Assembly (NCBI GenBank): GCA_903893855.1
Contig: CAITNV010000008.1
Coordinates: 1-57,753, forward strand
From: Candidatus Tayloriibacteriota bacterium
GTDB lineage: Bacteria; Patescibacteriota; Minisyncoccia; Phycocordibacterales; PALSA-1337
DNA: 57,753 nt
Direction of reading: 5' to 3'
Numbering within the stretch: position 1 is the stretch's first letter; the number at the start of each line of letters is the position of its first letter. The translations under genes were made by a program, and so were the position numbers. The notes under the pieces are model-generated. The model did no database searches and was not told the DNA's origin. It saw only the letters and a program-made list of their open reading frames with translations. Positions 38,672-48,165 of this stretch are shown piece after piece.

Positions 38672-39115
38672 TTATTTCTTAAAGCTTGCGATATCGTCTG
38701 CATCGAGGAAGTCGAAAAGGGTTGCATCTTTTGCAAGACCGACTTTAGCATTCTCTCCTTCAAGCCAAGCCTTCTTCTCTGGCTGACCTGAATAATTATT
38801 CGCAATGACACTCGCTGTCCAAGCTGAAACTTCCTCTGGAGTCTTTGTGGTGCCATGTGAGACGACCCAACCAAGAATCTCTTCATCAGTATGTCCTTCT
38901 GCTACATAGGCTTTGAATTCCTCTGCAACGATATTCTTAAAACCAAAAAACTGCTTATCAAGTGGACAATCGAAATGGTATTCTCCAATAGTTCCAGCAA
39001 TCGATGCACGGCACTTATCAATAGTTCGTAAGAGGATAGCGTACCCTCCCGCAGTAAGCTTCGGGCTTCGCGGTGCTACTTTCGTAAGATCTTTAGCTGT
39101 TGTATCTGGTGTCAT
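38672..39115 (-). CDS. Conserved hypothetical protein, DUF5069-like (assignment from memory only)
   Basis: PRSPKLTAGGYAILLRTIDKCRASIAGTIGEYHFDCPLD resembles my recollection of the DUF5069 N-terminal pattern. It is inserted between pheS and pheT. Confidence 0.5.
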   Translation of the reverse strand: MTPDTTAKDLTKVAPRSPKLTAGGYAILLRTIDKCRASIAGTIGEYHFDCPLDKQFFGFKNIVAEEFKAYVAEGHTDEEILGWVVSHGTTKTPEEVSAWTASVIANNYSGQPEKKAWLEGENAKVGLAKDATLFDFLDADDIASFKK

Positions 39116-39183
39116 GTTTTTATAAATTATTAACTGATGAATAATTACTATTGTATGTAGTACTGCTACGCTTCATATATATT

Positions 39184-39960
39184 TCAAAACTGATTCACGA
39201 AACGAAGATCTCCATTATACAGGAGTCGGATATCATTGATACCGTACTTAAGCATCACAATTCGATCGATACCGAAAGCAAAAGCAAAACCTTGCCATTC
39301 ATTCGAATCGATCCCTACTGAAGCGAAAACATTTGGATGCACAAGTCCAGCACCTAAGACTTCAAGCCAACGTGGATCCTCTCCCTCCTTAACCCATTTT
39401 ACATCCACCTCTACTGCCGGTTCAACGAACGGAAAGTAACTGGGTCGGAAACGAATCTCGCTCTTCTCGCCGAAAATCTTTTTAAAAACTTTCTCAAGAG
39501 TTCCTTTTAGTTCAGCGAGCGACACTTTCTTGTCGACGAAAAGTCCTTCAAGCTGATAGAACTGCGCTTCATGTGTAGCGTCGGTCGCTTCATTTCGAAA
39601 CACTCTCCCTGGTGCCACAATACGAAATGGAGGCTTAAGCCCAGCCTTTATTTTCTCTTCCATATAACGAATCTGTATTGCTGAAGTCTGTGTCGTAAGA
39701 AGTCTTCGGCCTTTTGAGTCCACCGCGTCTTTCGTGGCTTTGTCATGTCCGCCTGTTTTATCAGCCTTGATCCAAAACGTATCCTGCATATCGCGCGAAG
39801 GGTGATCTTTTGGAACGTTGAGCGCATCGAAATTGTAAAATTCACTTTCAAGCTCGGGACCGAGCGCTACCTCATAGCCTAATTCAGCCAAAATGCCGCT
39901 TATTTCACGAATTGTTTGAGTAATTGGGTGTAGATGACCTTGTGGAACTGTCTGACTCAT
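39184..39960 (-). CDS. pheS: Phenylalanine--tRNA ligase alpha subunit (catalytic core only, 258 aa)
   Basis: HPITQTIREI, DHPSRDMQDTFWI, and class II motifs RVFRNE and GFAFAFGIDRIVM. Confidence 0.93.
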   Translation of the reverse strand: MSQTVPQGHLHPITQTIREISGILAELGYEVALGPELESEFYNFDALNVPKDHPSRDMQDTFWIKADKTGGHDKATKDAVDSKGRRLLTTQTSAIQIRYMEEKIKAGLKPPFRIVAPGRVFRNEATDATHEAQFYQLEGLFVDKKVSLAELKGTLEKVFKKIFGEKSEIRFRPSYFPFVEPAVEVDVKWVKEGEDPRWLEVLGAGLVHPNVFASVGIDSNEWQGFAFAFGIDRIVMLKYGINDIRLLYNGDLRFVNQF

Positions 39961-39961
39961 G

Positions 39962-40034
39962 AGCCACCTCTCAGACTTGAACTGAGGACCTTCGCTTTAC
40001 AAAAGCGTTGCTCTACCAACTGAGCTAAGGTGGC
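39962..40034 (-). tRNA. tRNA-Thr (anticodon UGU); CCA not encoded
   Basis: Hand-folded cloverleaf: acceptor GCCACCU/AGGUGGC, D arm GCUC-AGUUGGUA-GAGC, anticodon loop UU-UGU-AA, T arm CUCAG-UUCAAGU-CUGAG. Confidence 0.85.
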
Positions 40035-40098
40035 GTATTTTTCGTTGTTACCTACCAAAACAGCTAACGTGGCATTATTCAATTATTACTTAAGACCT

Positions 40099-40485
40099 CT
40101 ATTTCTTCGTCTCCTCGGCAATCTGCTTCAGATAAAAGGAGGCTGCCCCGTTTGGGCGAATCTCACCTTTACCTGTCACCATATCAATAACTTTCTTTGA
40201 ATGCGGGTGACGATGTGCCAATTCCCGCACGTACAAGTATATAGCACGGAAAAAAGAAAGTACATGGAATGCCACCCACTGAACCACCGCGATGGCATTG
40301 TGCTTATTGATATGTGAAGCTACAAACCGTACTTTACTATAAACCGCCTGAAAAATATAGTCCGTCCGATCAGCTAAACGAGAAAGAAAAGACTTTCGAT
40401 TTCTTTTGATTTCAACGTATTTAAGCGTTAGCATACCAAGTATTCCTACGAACGCTATATAGAATGTGATTGTCGCGAAATACAT
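40099..40485 (-). CDS. Hypothetical membrane-anchored protein (128 aa)
   Basis: N-terminal TM helix (FATITFYIAFVGILGMLTL) and a second hydrophobic segment. No recognisable motif. Confidence 0.5.
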   Translation of the reverse strand: MYFATITFYIAFVGILGMLTLKYVEIKRNRKSFLSRLADRTDYIFQAVYSKVRFVASHINKHNAIAVVQWVAFHVLSFFRAIYLYVRELAHRHPHSKKVIDMVTGKGEIRPNGAASFYLKQIAEETKK

Positions 40486-40516
40486 AGATTATTTTTGCAA
40501 TACGCGAGCGCACCGG

Positions 40517-41167
40517 TTAGTTGCCCTGACCGACTGCCATTCGTGAGAACTGCGTGATCGCGATCTTTTCGCCGAATTTCTGCATCGCATTGTCAATGAG
40601 GGCCGCAATCGTAACATCAGGATTCTTGATGAAAGGCTGATCTACAAGAACCTGTTCTGCGAAGTATGCATTAAGCTTTCCTTCGAGAATTGAAGCCTTG
40701 ATCTCTGCAGGCTTAGCCTTGAAAACCTTACCTGCAGCCTTTGCCTTCTCCATATCCTCTTCTTCGGCTTTTTTCATCTCATTCTCAAAGACTTCCTTCG
40801 CTGCATTTCGTTCAGCTTCGGTGATAGCATCACGAGTACCGTACTTTGGGTTAGTTGCGGTGACATGCATCGCAATGTCTCGAACTAATACCTTAAACTC
40901 TTCGTTATTAGCAACGAAGTCTGTCTCACACATAAGTGTGACCATTGATCCAACACTACCAGTAGCATGAACATATGCGCCTACTACGCCTGCACCGAAA
41001 GTTCGGTCAGCCTTCTTTGCAGAAAGCTCACCGCTCTTCTTACGAAGAATGATAAGAGCCTTCTCAGTGTCGCCACCCGCTTCTTCGAGGGCTTTACGGC
41101 ACTGCATAACAGATATACCTGTTTTATCGCGCAAATCCTTTACTTGTTCAGTGGTAATAGTTGCCAT
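40517..41167 (-). CDS. tsf: Elongation factor Ts
   Basis: N-terminal UBA-like ITTEQVKDLRDKTGISVMQCRKALEEAGGDTEKA, and the adjacent rpsB. Confidence 0.93.
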   Translation of the reverse strand: MATITTEQVKDLRDKTGISVMQCRKALEEAGGDTEKALIILRKKSGELSAKKADRTFGAGVVGAYVHATGSVGSMVTLMCETDFVANNEEFKVLVRDIAMHVTATNPKYGTRDAITEAERNAAKEVFENEMKKAEEEDMEKAKAAGKVFKAKPAEIKASILEGKLNAYFAEQVLVDQPFIKNPDVTIAALIDNAMQKFGEKIAITQFSRMAVGQGN

Positions 41168-41231
41168 GGTAATATTAAATAATTAAAACAATAAACAATA
41201 CAGACTAACCTTTATAGCCTAGCATAATTAG

Positions 41232-41996
41232 CTAGATTTTTCGAGGGCTTGTCTCTGAAGTAGCAGCTGGTGCTACTGGAGCAGTTGGAGCTGCTTTTGC
41301 AAGTAATTTACCTGCTTTGTAGGCATTCACAACCTCGCCGAGGAAGAATTCGATGCTAGACTTTGATGAATCATTACCAACGATAGGATATTCAACCGTG
41401 CTAATGTCACAGTCAGATCCGGCAATAGCGATAACTGGAATACCGAGGTCATGAGCTTCTTTAACCGCTGTGTATTCTTTCTTAGGGTCAACGATGAGGA
41501 TAGCTTGAGGCAAATCCTTCATAGAAACGATACCCGAGAAGAATCGGTCAAGGTTAGCAATCTCACGGTCGATAAGGAGTCGCTCCTTCTTGGTGTATTT
41601 TGCAAGCTCACCCTTCTCTCGTTCTGCAGTAAGTCGCTCGAATTTCTCGACACGCTTCTTGATCTGAGTAAAGTTAGTCATTGTTCCTCCAATCCATCGT
41701 CCATCTACGAACGGCATACCAATAGCTTCAGCAGATACTCGAACAGCGGCTCGAGCTTCGCTCTTACCTCCAACGATAAGAAGTTGTTTACCTTCTTTAG
41801 CTAAATTCTCGACGAAAACACAAGCAGCCTTCAATAGTTCCTGAGTCTTCTCAAGATCGAAGATTTCTACCTTGTTTTTTGCACCGAAAATATACTGAGA
41901 AACTGTTGGGTGTCGACGAGCCTTTCCAAAAGCAAAGTGCGCACCTGCTTTGAACATGCTATCGATGGTTCCGTTATGTGTCTTTGATTCAGTCAT
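41232..41996 (-). CDS. rpsB: 30S ribosomal protein S2
   Basis: MFKAGAHFAFGKARRHPTVSQYIFG and LLIVGGK. Start set at the ATG at 41996, because the longer track ORF begins at a TTG. Confidence 0.92.
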   Translation of the reverse strand: MTESKTHNGTIDSMFKAGAHFAFGKARRHPTVSQYIFGAKNKVEIFDLEKTQELLKAACVFVENLAKEGKQLLIVGGKSEARAAVRVSAEAIGMPFVDGRWIGGTMTNFTQIKKRVEKFERLTAEREKGELAKYTKKERLLIDREIANLDRFFSGIVSMKDLPQAILIVDPKKEYTAVKEAHDLGIPVIAIAGSDCDISTVEYPIVGNDSSKSSIEFFLGEVVNAYKAGKLLAKAAPTAPVAPAATSETSPRKI

Positions 41997-42063
41997 ATGT
42001 CGTGAGAGTCTATCAAATAAGCCTTTTTTTTGCAAATGGGCTTATCTTTTAGGCCGTTTTTAG

Positions 42064-43506
42064 TTAAATTGTCTCAACAAGGACCATATTAGTATCAGAA
42101 TGCTTTCCAAATGGCATTCCAGCGACAATGACGACCTTATCGCCCTTCTTTACGAATTTATGATCAACTGACACCTTACGAACCATGCTCATAATGTCAG
42201 CGACGCTATCAAACTGAGGCACTACAACTGGGTGACAACCGAATGATAGAACGAGGCGATTCGCTTCAGACTGGTTTGAAGTGAAGCCGAGGATAATCTG
42301 GCTTGGGCGATATCGCGCAATCATACGTGCAGTTCGGCCGTACTTGGTAAGAGCGACAATATACTTGGCACCAACATCATGAGCGAGCTTTACCGCTGAT
42401 TCACATACAACGTCTGTAATAGGCTGTGAGAGAGCGTGTTTATGATCGTATGAAGGCATTCGCTTTTCGAAAAATGTCTCTCCTTCTACTTTAAGTGCAA
42501 TCTTTGTCATCATTGAAACAGCTTCAACTGGGAACTGTCCGAGTGTTGTCTCTTCTGAAAGCATGATTGCATCAGTACCATCAATAATAGCGTTTGCAAC
42601 GTCTGATACTTCAGCTCGTGTAGGTACTGGAGACTTAATCATAGACTCAAGCATCTGTGTAGCGGTAATGATAGGCTTTCCAAGAGCATTACACTTAGCG
42701 ATGAGCATTTTCTGAGCAAGAGGAACATCCTCAGCAGGAATCTCAATAGCGAGATCTCCTCGAGCTACCATCACAGCATCAGTAAGAGCGAGGATAGCGT
42801 CGATATTCTCAAGCGCTTCTGGAGTCTCAATCTTAGCGATAATACGAGCCTTTGACTTTGCTTTATCTAGAATGTCTCGCAATTCCTTAATGTCCTCTGG
42901 TCGTCGAACGAAAGAAAGCGCTACGAAATCTACCTTATTCTTAATACCAAAAAGCACATCTACTCGATCCTTATCAGTAATAGAGCTGATTGAAAGGTAA
43001 GCACCTGGGAGGTTAACACCTCGACGGCTCTTGATCTCTCCACCAACAAGTACTTTACCAACTACTTCTTTGCCCTGAATCTTAGTAATAACAATTCGAA
43101 TCTTTCCATCATGAATGAGGATATGACCACCAACTTTAACTTCTTTTGGAAGGAGAGGATAATTTACATGAACAATATTCTCATCTCCCATAATCTTCTC
43201 TGTTGTAAGGGTAAATGTCTGACCAACCTTAAGAACGATAGAGCCGTTCTTGAATTCCCCTGTTCGAATCTTAGGACCTGAGAGGTCCTGCATAACAGCC
43301 ACAGTCTTACCAGTCGCTGCAACAGCCTTCTTAAGGTTCTCAAGGCGCTGCTGGTGTTCAGCTGCATCACCGTGTGAGAAGTTAAGTCGCATCACATTCA
43401 TACCAGCATTAACAAGGTCAGATAATTTCTCAACGGTTTCGGTTGCTGGACCTATCGTACAGACGATTTTGGTCTTTTTCTCAGGGGCTGTCAGTGTATT
43501 TTTCAT
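42064..43506 (-). CDS. pyk: Pyruvate kinase
   Basis: KTKIVCTIGPA, MNVMRLNFSHG, IIAKIETPEALENID, VMVARGDLAIEIP and MLESM. Confidence 0.93.
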   Translation of the reverse strand: MKNTLTAPEKKTKIVCTIGPATETVEKLSDLVNAGMNVMRLNFSHGDAAEHQQRLENLKKAVAATGKTVAVMQDLSGPKIRTGEFKNGSIVLKVGQTFTLTTEKIMGDENIVHVNYPLLPKEVKVGGHILIHDGKIRIVITKIQGKEVVGKVLVGGEIKSRRGVNLPGAYLSISSITDKDRVDVLFGIKNKVDFVALSFVRRPEDIKELRDILDKAKSKARIIAKIETPEALENIDAILALTDAVMVARGDLAIEIPAEDVPLAQKMLIAKCNALGKPIITATQMLESMIKSPVPTRAEVSDVANAIIDGTDAIMLSEETTLGQFPVEAVSMMTKIALKVEGETFFEKRMPSYDHKHALSQPITDVVCESAVKLAHDVGAKYIVALTKYGRTARMIARYRPSQIILGFTSNQSEANRLVLSFGCHPVVVPQFDSVADIMSMVRKVSVDHKFVKKGDKVVIVAGMPFGKHSDTNMVLVETI

Positions 43507-43596
43507 GTAATTTGTAAATTATTGTTATTTTTAAATCGGGGATCATTTTAGCACATTTTTATAAAAAATCCATATTTTGCTTAACGAAGTGACTTT

Positions 43597-44574
43597 TTAA
43601 TCCGCACTATCGTCACTACCTGCATCACTACCCGTTTCATTACCTGCTATGCCGGTCTCTCGATACTTCTGCACCGCTTCAATGATCGGATCGAGCTCAC
43701 CTGCGAATATCGTCTCGATATTATGCCACGATTGCTTTATGCGGTGATCGGTCACACGGTCTTGAAGAATGTTGTAGGTTCTTATCTTCTCCGATCGATC
43801 TCCAGTACCCACCTGTCCCTTACGATTGGCACTGAACTTCTTCGCTTCGCGTTCTTCTTCAAGCGCTTCGAGCTTTGCCCGAAGGATGCTCATTGCAGTC
43901 TCACGGTTCTTCGACTGGCTTCGCTCTGCTGTGGCTCGAACCCAGAGGCCTGAGGGCTTGTGAATGACACGCACTGCAGTCTCCACTTTGTTAACGTTCT
44001 GCCCTCCTTTACCTCCAGCACGAGAGAATTCAATCTCAAGGTCAGCAGGGTTAATCTCGAATGTAGACTTCTTTCTAATAGGCAAAATAGCGACCGATGC
44101 AGTCGATGTATGCACTCGGCCCATTTTCTCAGTTACAGGGATTCGCTGAATGCGGTGCACACCTGTCTCATAGCGAAGCGCATCGTATGCCCCTTTGCCT
44201 TTAATTTCCATCGAAGCACCTTCTTCGAGCACTCGTGTGCCCCACCCTTTAGCGATAGAATATTTCTCATACATTTCAAGAAGCTCACGCGCAAAAATCG
44301 CCGCTTCATCCCCTCCAGCAGCTGCGCGTACTTCCAACACGAGTTCATTAGGAATCTCATCCTCTTCTTTCTCACGGTCGATGATTCCTTGAATCTGTAC
44401 CTCAATTGTCTTCTTCTGCTCACGAATGCCAGCAAGATCAGCTTCCGCCAAATCCTTCATCGAAGGGTCAGCAGCCATAGTTAAAAGCTCCTTTTCTTCA
44501 AGGTCAAGCTTCTCATACATTTCGGCAAGGTATGCCGTCTTGTGGTCTTTTTTGTACTCTTCGAGATTGATCAT
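43597..44574 (-). CDS. prfA: Peptide chain release factor 1
   Basis: GGQ motif (RAGGKGGQNVNKVETAVR) and the RF1-type tripeptide PVT in GVHRIQRIPVTE. Confidence 0.88.
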   Translation of the reverse strand: MINLEEYKKDHKTAYLAEMYEKLDLEEKELLTMAADPSMKDLAEADLAGIREQKKTIEVQIQGIIDREKEEDEIPNELVLEVRAAAGGDEAAIFARELLEMYEKYSIAKGWGTRVLEEGASMEIKGKGAYDALRYETGVHRIQRIPVTEKMGRVHTSTASVAILPIRKKSTFEINPADLEIEFSRAGGKGGQNVNKVETAVRVIHKPSGLWVRATAERSQSKNRETAMSILRAKLEALEEEREAKKFSANRKGQVGTGDRSEKIRTYNILQDRVTDHRIKQSWHNIETIFAGELDPIIEAVQKYRETGIAGNETGSDAGSDDSAD

Positions 44575-44856
44575 CTATCCCTGCTTTGCTGCAGATTTGG
44601 TAGATTTTGTAGCCTTTGACTGACGAGTCTTGAACTTCTCAACACGACCAGCTGCATCGAGTGTCTTCTCTTGATTAGTATAGAAAGGGTGTGAAGCGCT
44701 AGAGATTTCTACGCTGTAGAGTGGGTATTCTTTACCATCAGTAAATGTGCCCTTTTCCTTGGTAGCAATAGTAGAACTAATAAGGAACATAGCCCCGTTT
44801 GAATTATCGAGGAAAATAACCTGTCGGTAGTCCTTTGGATGGATTTCTTTTTTCAT
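44575..44856 (-). CDS. rpmE: 50S ribosomal protein L31 (type B-like)
   Basis: MKKEIHPKDYRQV ... HPFYTN. Confidence 0.9.
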   Translation of the reverse strand: MKKEIHPKDYRQVIFLDNSNGAMFLISSTIATKEKGTFTDGKEYPLYSVEISSASHPFYTNQEKTLDAAGRVEKFKTRQSKATKSTKSAAKQG

Positions 44857-44914
44857 GTCGCTACTATAGCAGAACTCATTAATTATGGCAAATATTGCTC
44901 GAAATCAAGCCTAA

Positions 44915-46141
44915 TTAACCAAAAGTAAACGTAAAAGCTTCCAAACCTGGACCCTCTGTATCAATCTCGAGTGTATGAGCTCCATAATCAGAACCCTCGA
45001 TTAATGTGTATAGTTTATTCTGCTGTATAGTCATTTTTTTAACAAAGACCCCATCGCGCTTAATGTCCACCATCACTCCGGCTGGTGTGCTCGAGCTGGC
45101 AGCGGCGACAAAATATACATTTTTTGCATTATATCGGTATATGATTTTCGCCTGCTTGGACACTGTCTCTGCCCATTCTGGTTTAAAGTTCCAACTACCT
45201 TCAAGATATAGAGAACTTAACGCTGGGTTCGCTTCGATATTACCGGGGATTACGAGCTGTTGTGTTCCAACAACTTGCGAATCTCCGTTAGCGAAGAATT
45301 CATTACGAGCCGCTCCAAAATACGTCTCAGGACTCTGTACACCCCTCGGGTCCATATTAATAGCATCTGTTGGATTCACGATTCCCGTCGGCACGGCATT
45401 CGTGAGACCAAGAACAGTATTTCGCTCCGCCAAAGCACTCTGAATTGCTTTCTCAGTAACATCATAATCTCCCTCTCCGATATGATCATGGGCAATGTAT
45501 CCATCAATGTCGATAAGAAGTTCGTGTGGCCAATACCGATTATTATATGCATTCCACGTGCCGTTATTGCTATCGAGAACCACAGGATATTTAATACCGA
45601 ACTGCGCAACTGCCGTCGTAACGTTACTATAATCTTTTTCGAATTCAAATTCTGGCGTGTGCACTCCGACAATCACGAGACCTTGGTCTTTGTATTTTTG
45701 ATAGAGAGCATTAAGGTAAGGAATGGTTCGCTCGCAATTGATGCAACTGTATGTCCAAAAATCTAGCAATATTACTTTCTTCCCCACGAACTGCGACAAG
45801 GTAAATGGAGCTCCTCCAACAACTTTACCATTATCGCCATTTGGACTATTGATAAAGCCTTGTGGATCTGCGAGCTCTTTAGCTTTAGCATACTTTGCAA
45901 TCTTTGGTGCTATACGATCGATTGTAGCTGCGGTAGTGGCGGCCTTAGTGGTCGTTGTAGTTGTCGTCGCAGTAGCAGCCACGCCGTTTTGAGTTTGCTT
46001 TTGAGTCTGATTTGGGATACCAACTGCAATATCTTGCGAAACTTGTATTGGAACCGAGGGTTTGCTCGTCTCGATATATACGATTACACCGATGATTACG
46101 CATACGGCAACTATTTGAATTAAGCGACGTTTATTTTGCAT
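44915..46141 (-). CDS. Membrane-anchored thioredoxin-fold protein (TlpA/DipZ-like) with a C-terminal beta-rich domain
   Basis: N-terminal TM and a Thr-rich linker. Redox motif in VILLDFWTYSCINCERTIPYL (CxxC). It is adjacent to ccdA. Confidence 0.75.
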   Translation of the reverse strand: MQNKRRLIQIVAVCVIIGVIVYIETSKPSVPIQVSQDIAVGIPNQTQKQTQNGVAATATTTTTTTKAATTAATIDRIAPKIAKYAKAKELADPQGFINSPNGDNGKVVGGAPFTLSQFVGKKVILLDFWTYSCINCERTIPYLNALYQKYKDQGLVIVGVHTPEFEFEKDYSNVTTAVAQFGIKYPVVLDSNNGTWNAYNNRYWPHELLIDIDGYIAHDHIGEGDYDVTEKAIQSALAERNTVLGLTNAVPTGIVNPTDAINMDPRGVQSPETYFGAARNEFFANGDSQVVGTQQLVIPGNIEANPALSSLYLEGSWNFKPEWAETVSKQAKIIYRYNAKNVYFVAAASSSTPAGVMVDIKRDGVFVKKMTIQQNKLYTLIEGSDYGAHTLEIDTEGPGLEAFTFTFG

Positions 46142-46897
46142 TTATTTTTTGGTTATTGCTGTTGAGGCAAGATATGATAAAAACCCAGGGATAATCGGCA
46201 AAATACATGGACTTAAAAATGAACCGAGTCCTGCAAGGAAAGCAATGCCAATATTAATAACTGAAAGTGAATTAATACTTCCCCCGACCGATGTCCCGAT
46301 TTGGAGCGAGTCTAAAAGACCAACCAATAATTGAAAATTTGCGACCTTACTCAATTCTCCGGTGAAAATAAGAATGCCGATGACAACAAGTAATGCTCCG
46401 AATACATATTCAAAATACGCGACCCACGGCCCCGCTTTATTGATCAAAGCTTCAGCTTGATTGGTGAAAAGTCCCACCAAAAGAAATGGAATACCGATGC
46501 CGAGCGTATATGCGAATAACAAAACGAAAGCGCTCGTCGCTTCGGTTGCAGCGAGAGCAAGTATCGCTCCGAGTGCAGCAGTCACGCACGGTGTCCAGCC
46601 CACAGCAAAAGCCGCACCAAAAACAAACGAAGTCATATAATACGAATTGAATCGTTTCTTGACAGCAATGGTGTGTGTCTTCTCTAAGAACTTTGGTTTA
46701 AAAAGTCCGAGTAAGAATAAACCAAACATAATAATAATTAATCCCCCAATATACCCGAGCCATGCTTCTACTCCTTTTGAAGCGTGAGACAAAACAGTCT
46801 GAAGTAGTATTCCGACAATTGAAAATACCACCGAGAAGCCGAGGACAAAAAATACGCTACTCAAAAAAATGCTCCAGTTTCTTTTTGTTTGTACCAT
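46142..46897 (-). CDS. ccdA: Cytochrome c biogenesis/thiol:disulfide electron-transfer membrane protein CcdA (DsbD family)
   Basis: Polytopic membrane protein with conserved Cys-Pro-containing helices (GWTPCVTA, FLSPCILPIIP). Confidence 0.8.
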   Translation of the reverse strand: MVQTKRNWSIFLSSVFFVLGFSVVFSIVGILLQTVLSHASKGVEAWLGYIGGLIIIMFGLFLLGLFKPKFLEKTHTIAVKKRFNSYYMTSFVFGAAFAVGWTPCVTAALGAILALAATEATSAFVLLFAYTLGIGIPFLLVGLFTNQAEALINKAGPWVAYFEYVFGALLVVIGILIFTGELSKVANFQLLVGLLDSLQIGTSVGGSINSLSVINIGIAFLAGLGSFLSPCILPIIPGFLSYLASTAITKK

Positions 46898-46923
46898 ACA
46901 ATTATATTATTTTTAAGCTGATA

Positions 46924-47172
46924 TTAAAAACTTAGTTTGAGAAAATCGCCGAATCTTTCCATCTCTTTTTGCGCTTCTCTAATCTTACTTTTTAATTCGT
47001 CCTGTGACAATGTCTCCCTCCATTTTCTCTCATCCTCATCAGGTATATTAATAAGACACCCTGGATATATATCACCTAATGCAATTCTCACAACTGGGCC
47101 ACCTACTCTCTGGGCATAGTATTCTTTAATGTATTGGCCAACTTTATTTTTTAAAGGCAGATTTCTCTTATC
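46924..47172 (-). other. 82 sense codons continuing in frame directly after the TAG stop of the 319-aa ORF. Possible remnant of a longer gene or a readthrough extension.
   Basis: Hand translation: DKRNLPLKNKVGQYIKEYYAQRVGGPVVRIALGDIYPGCLINIPDEDERKWRETLSQDELKSKIREAQKEMERFGDFLKLSF, then TAA at 46924-46926. The only ATG is 12 codons before that stop. Confidence 0.5.
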
Positions 47173-48132
47173 CTATTCTATATATTCATCAGTCTCTGGT
47201 GCGTTTCTCGTCATTTCATAATAGTCCTTCTGAGCGGAATCATTTTCGACATTAAAAATATCTGTGGCCAGAATACTGTATTTTTGAGCAATGGCATTTT
47301 TTATATTTTCTTCATCTTTAAACCTAAACTCTGGCTGATCGGAAGCTGCACAACAGACCCATGGAAAAGCGAGCCTATCGCCATCAGTGTGTCCGCCACA
47401 AGATGAAACCGTGTTGATACCATTTGCGCGTAAACCGACAACTACTTCTTTTATTTCTTCGTCAACTGGCATGCCGAGCCGGTCAGTGATAGTGTCGACT
47501 TGACGACGTATCTCGTTCCAAGCGATATCTTGCTCATTAGGAATATGTTCGTTAATGATACGATTGTATAGATTTGGAAATACGCTTTTTACGATATCAG
47601 TATGTCTCTTAAATTCCTCGAGTTCTGTATTCCAGTTGTCTCTTGATAAGCGATGCCCGATTAATTTGAATATGGTTGATTTTTTGACTTCAATGGGCAA
47701 TTCGTTGTCATGTATATTCTGATTATTGACATAAGCTTCCACAGCAGTTTTTTGATAGCCAAGCAGAAGTCCACGTTCCTTATCTTTATTTTTAATGACC
47801 TCTTTAGAATCACCTTCTGTATATTCTGTATGTATCAGTTTTTCTAAAATCTCTTCATTTCTTGCACAATAAAATCTGCACCACACACTCTGGTTTTCGG
47901 TAGTAAAAAAACTTCGAACATTACAATTATTTTCAATCAATAACTGCTCGAGCTCATGAGATTCATTGTGGATTTGGTCTTTCTTAGTAAGTGGCTCTTG
48001 CCAATCCATAAAGAAAGAGGGTTTTAGACCAAGAAGTGTCAGTGCGATCTCCACTTTGTTGTGATCGCCGATAAAAGATAAATTCTTTTCATTCTCTAAC
48101 TGCTCTATATGCTTTGGTAATAAGTTTTGCAT
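47173..48132 (-). CDS. Hypothetical protein (319 aa), AT-rich orphan, possibly truncated by a premature TAG
   Basis: ATG start at 48132 and TAG at 47173-47175. A hand-counted 100-nt sample is 36% GC against ~46% in the rnr and smc samples. The Cys-rich patch SSCGGHTDGD..WVCCAAS belongs to no family I recognise. Confidence 0.55.
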   Translation of the reverse strand: MQNLLPKHIEQLENEKNLSFIGDHNKVEIALTLLGLKPSFFMDWQEPLTKKDQIHNESHELEQLLIENNCNVRSFFTTENQSVWCRFYCARNEEILEKLIHTEYTEGDSKEVIKNKDKERGLLLGYQKTAVEAYVNNQNIHDNELPIEVKKSTIFKLIGHRLSRDNWNTELEEFKRHTDIVKSVFPNLYNRIINEHIPNEQDIAWNEIRRQVDTITDRLGMPVDEEIKEVVVGLRANGINTVSSCGGHTDGDRLAFPWVCCAASDQPEFRFKDEENIKNAIAQKYSILATDIFNVENDSAQKDYYEMTRNAPETDEYIE

Positions 48133-48165
48133 TATCGCTTTTTACAAAAATAGTATTACTCCTCG

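Noticed and set aside
46937-47119. 60-aa plus-strand ORF in the gap between ccdA and the 319-aa gene
   Set aside because: It is antisense to the 82-codon in-frame continuation, which looks more protein-like. It has no SD or motif.
47173-47175. Genome-wide stop-codon reassignment as the explanation for the in-frame TAG
   Set aside because: TAG, TGA and TAA each terminate well-supported genes at the expected protein ends: TAG in thrS and the PfkB kinase, TGA in the LOG-family gene, TAA in most others. The genome therefore uses the standard code.
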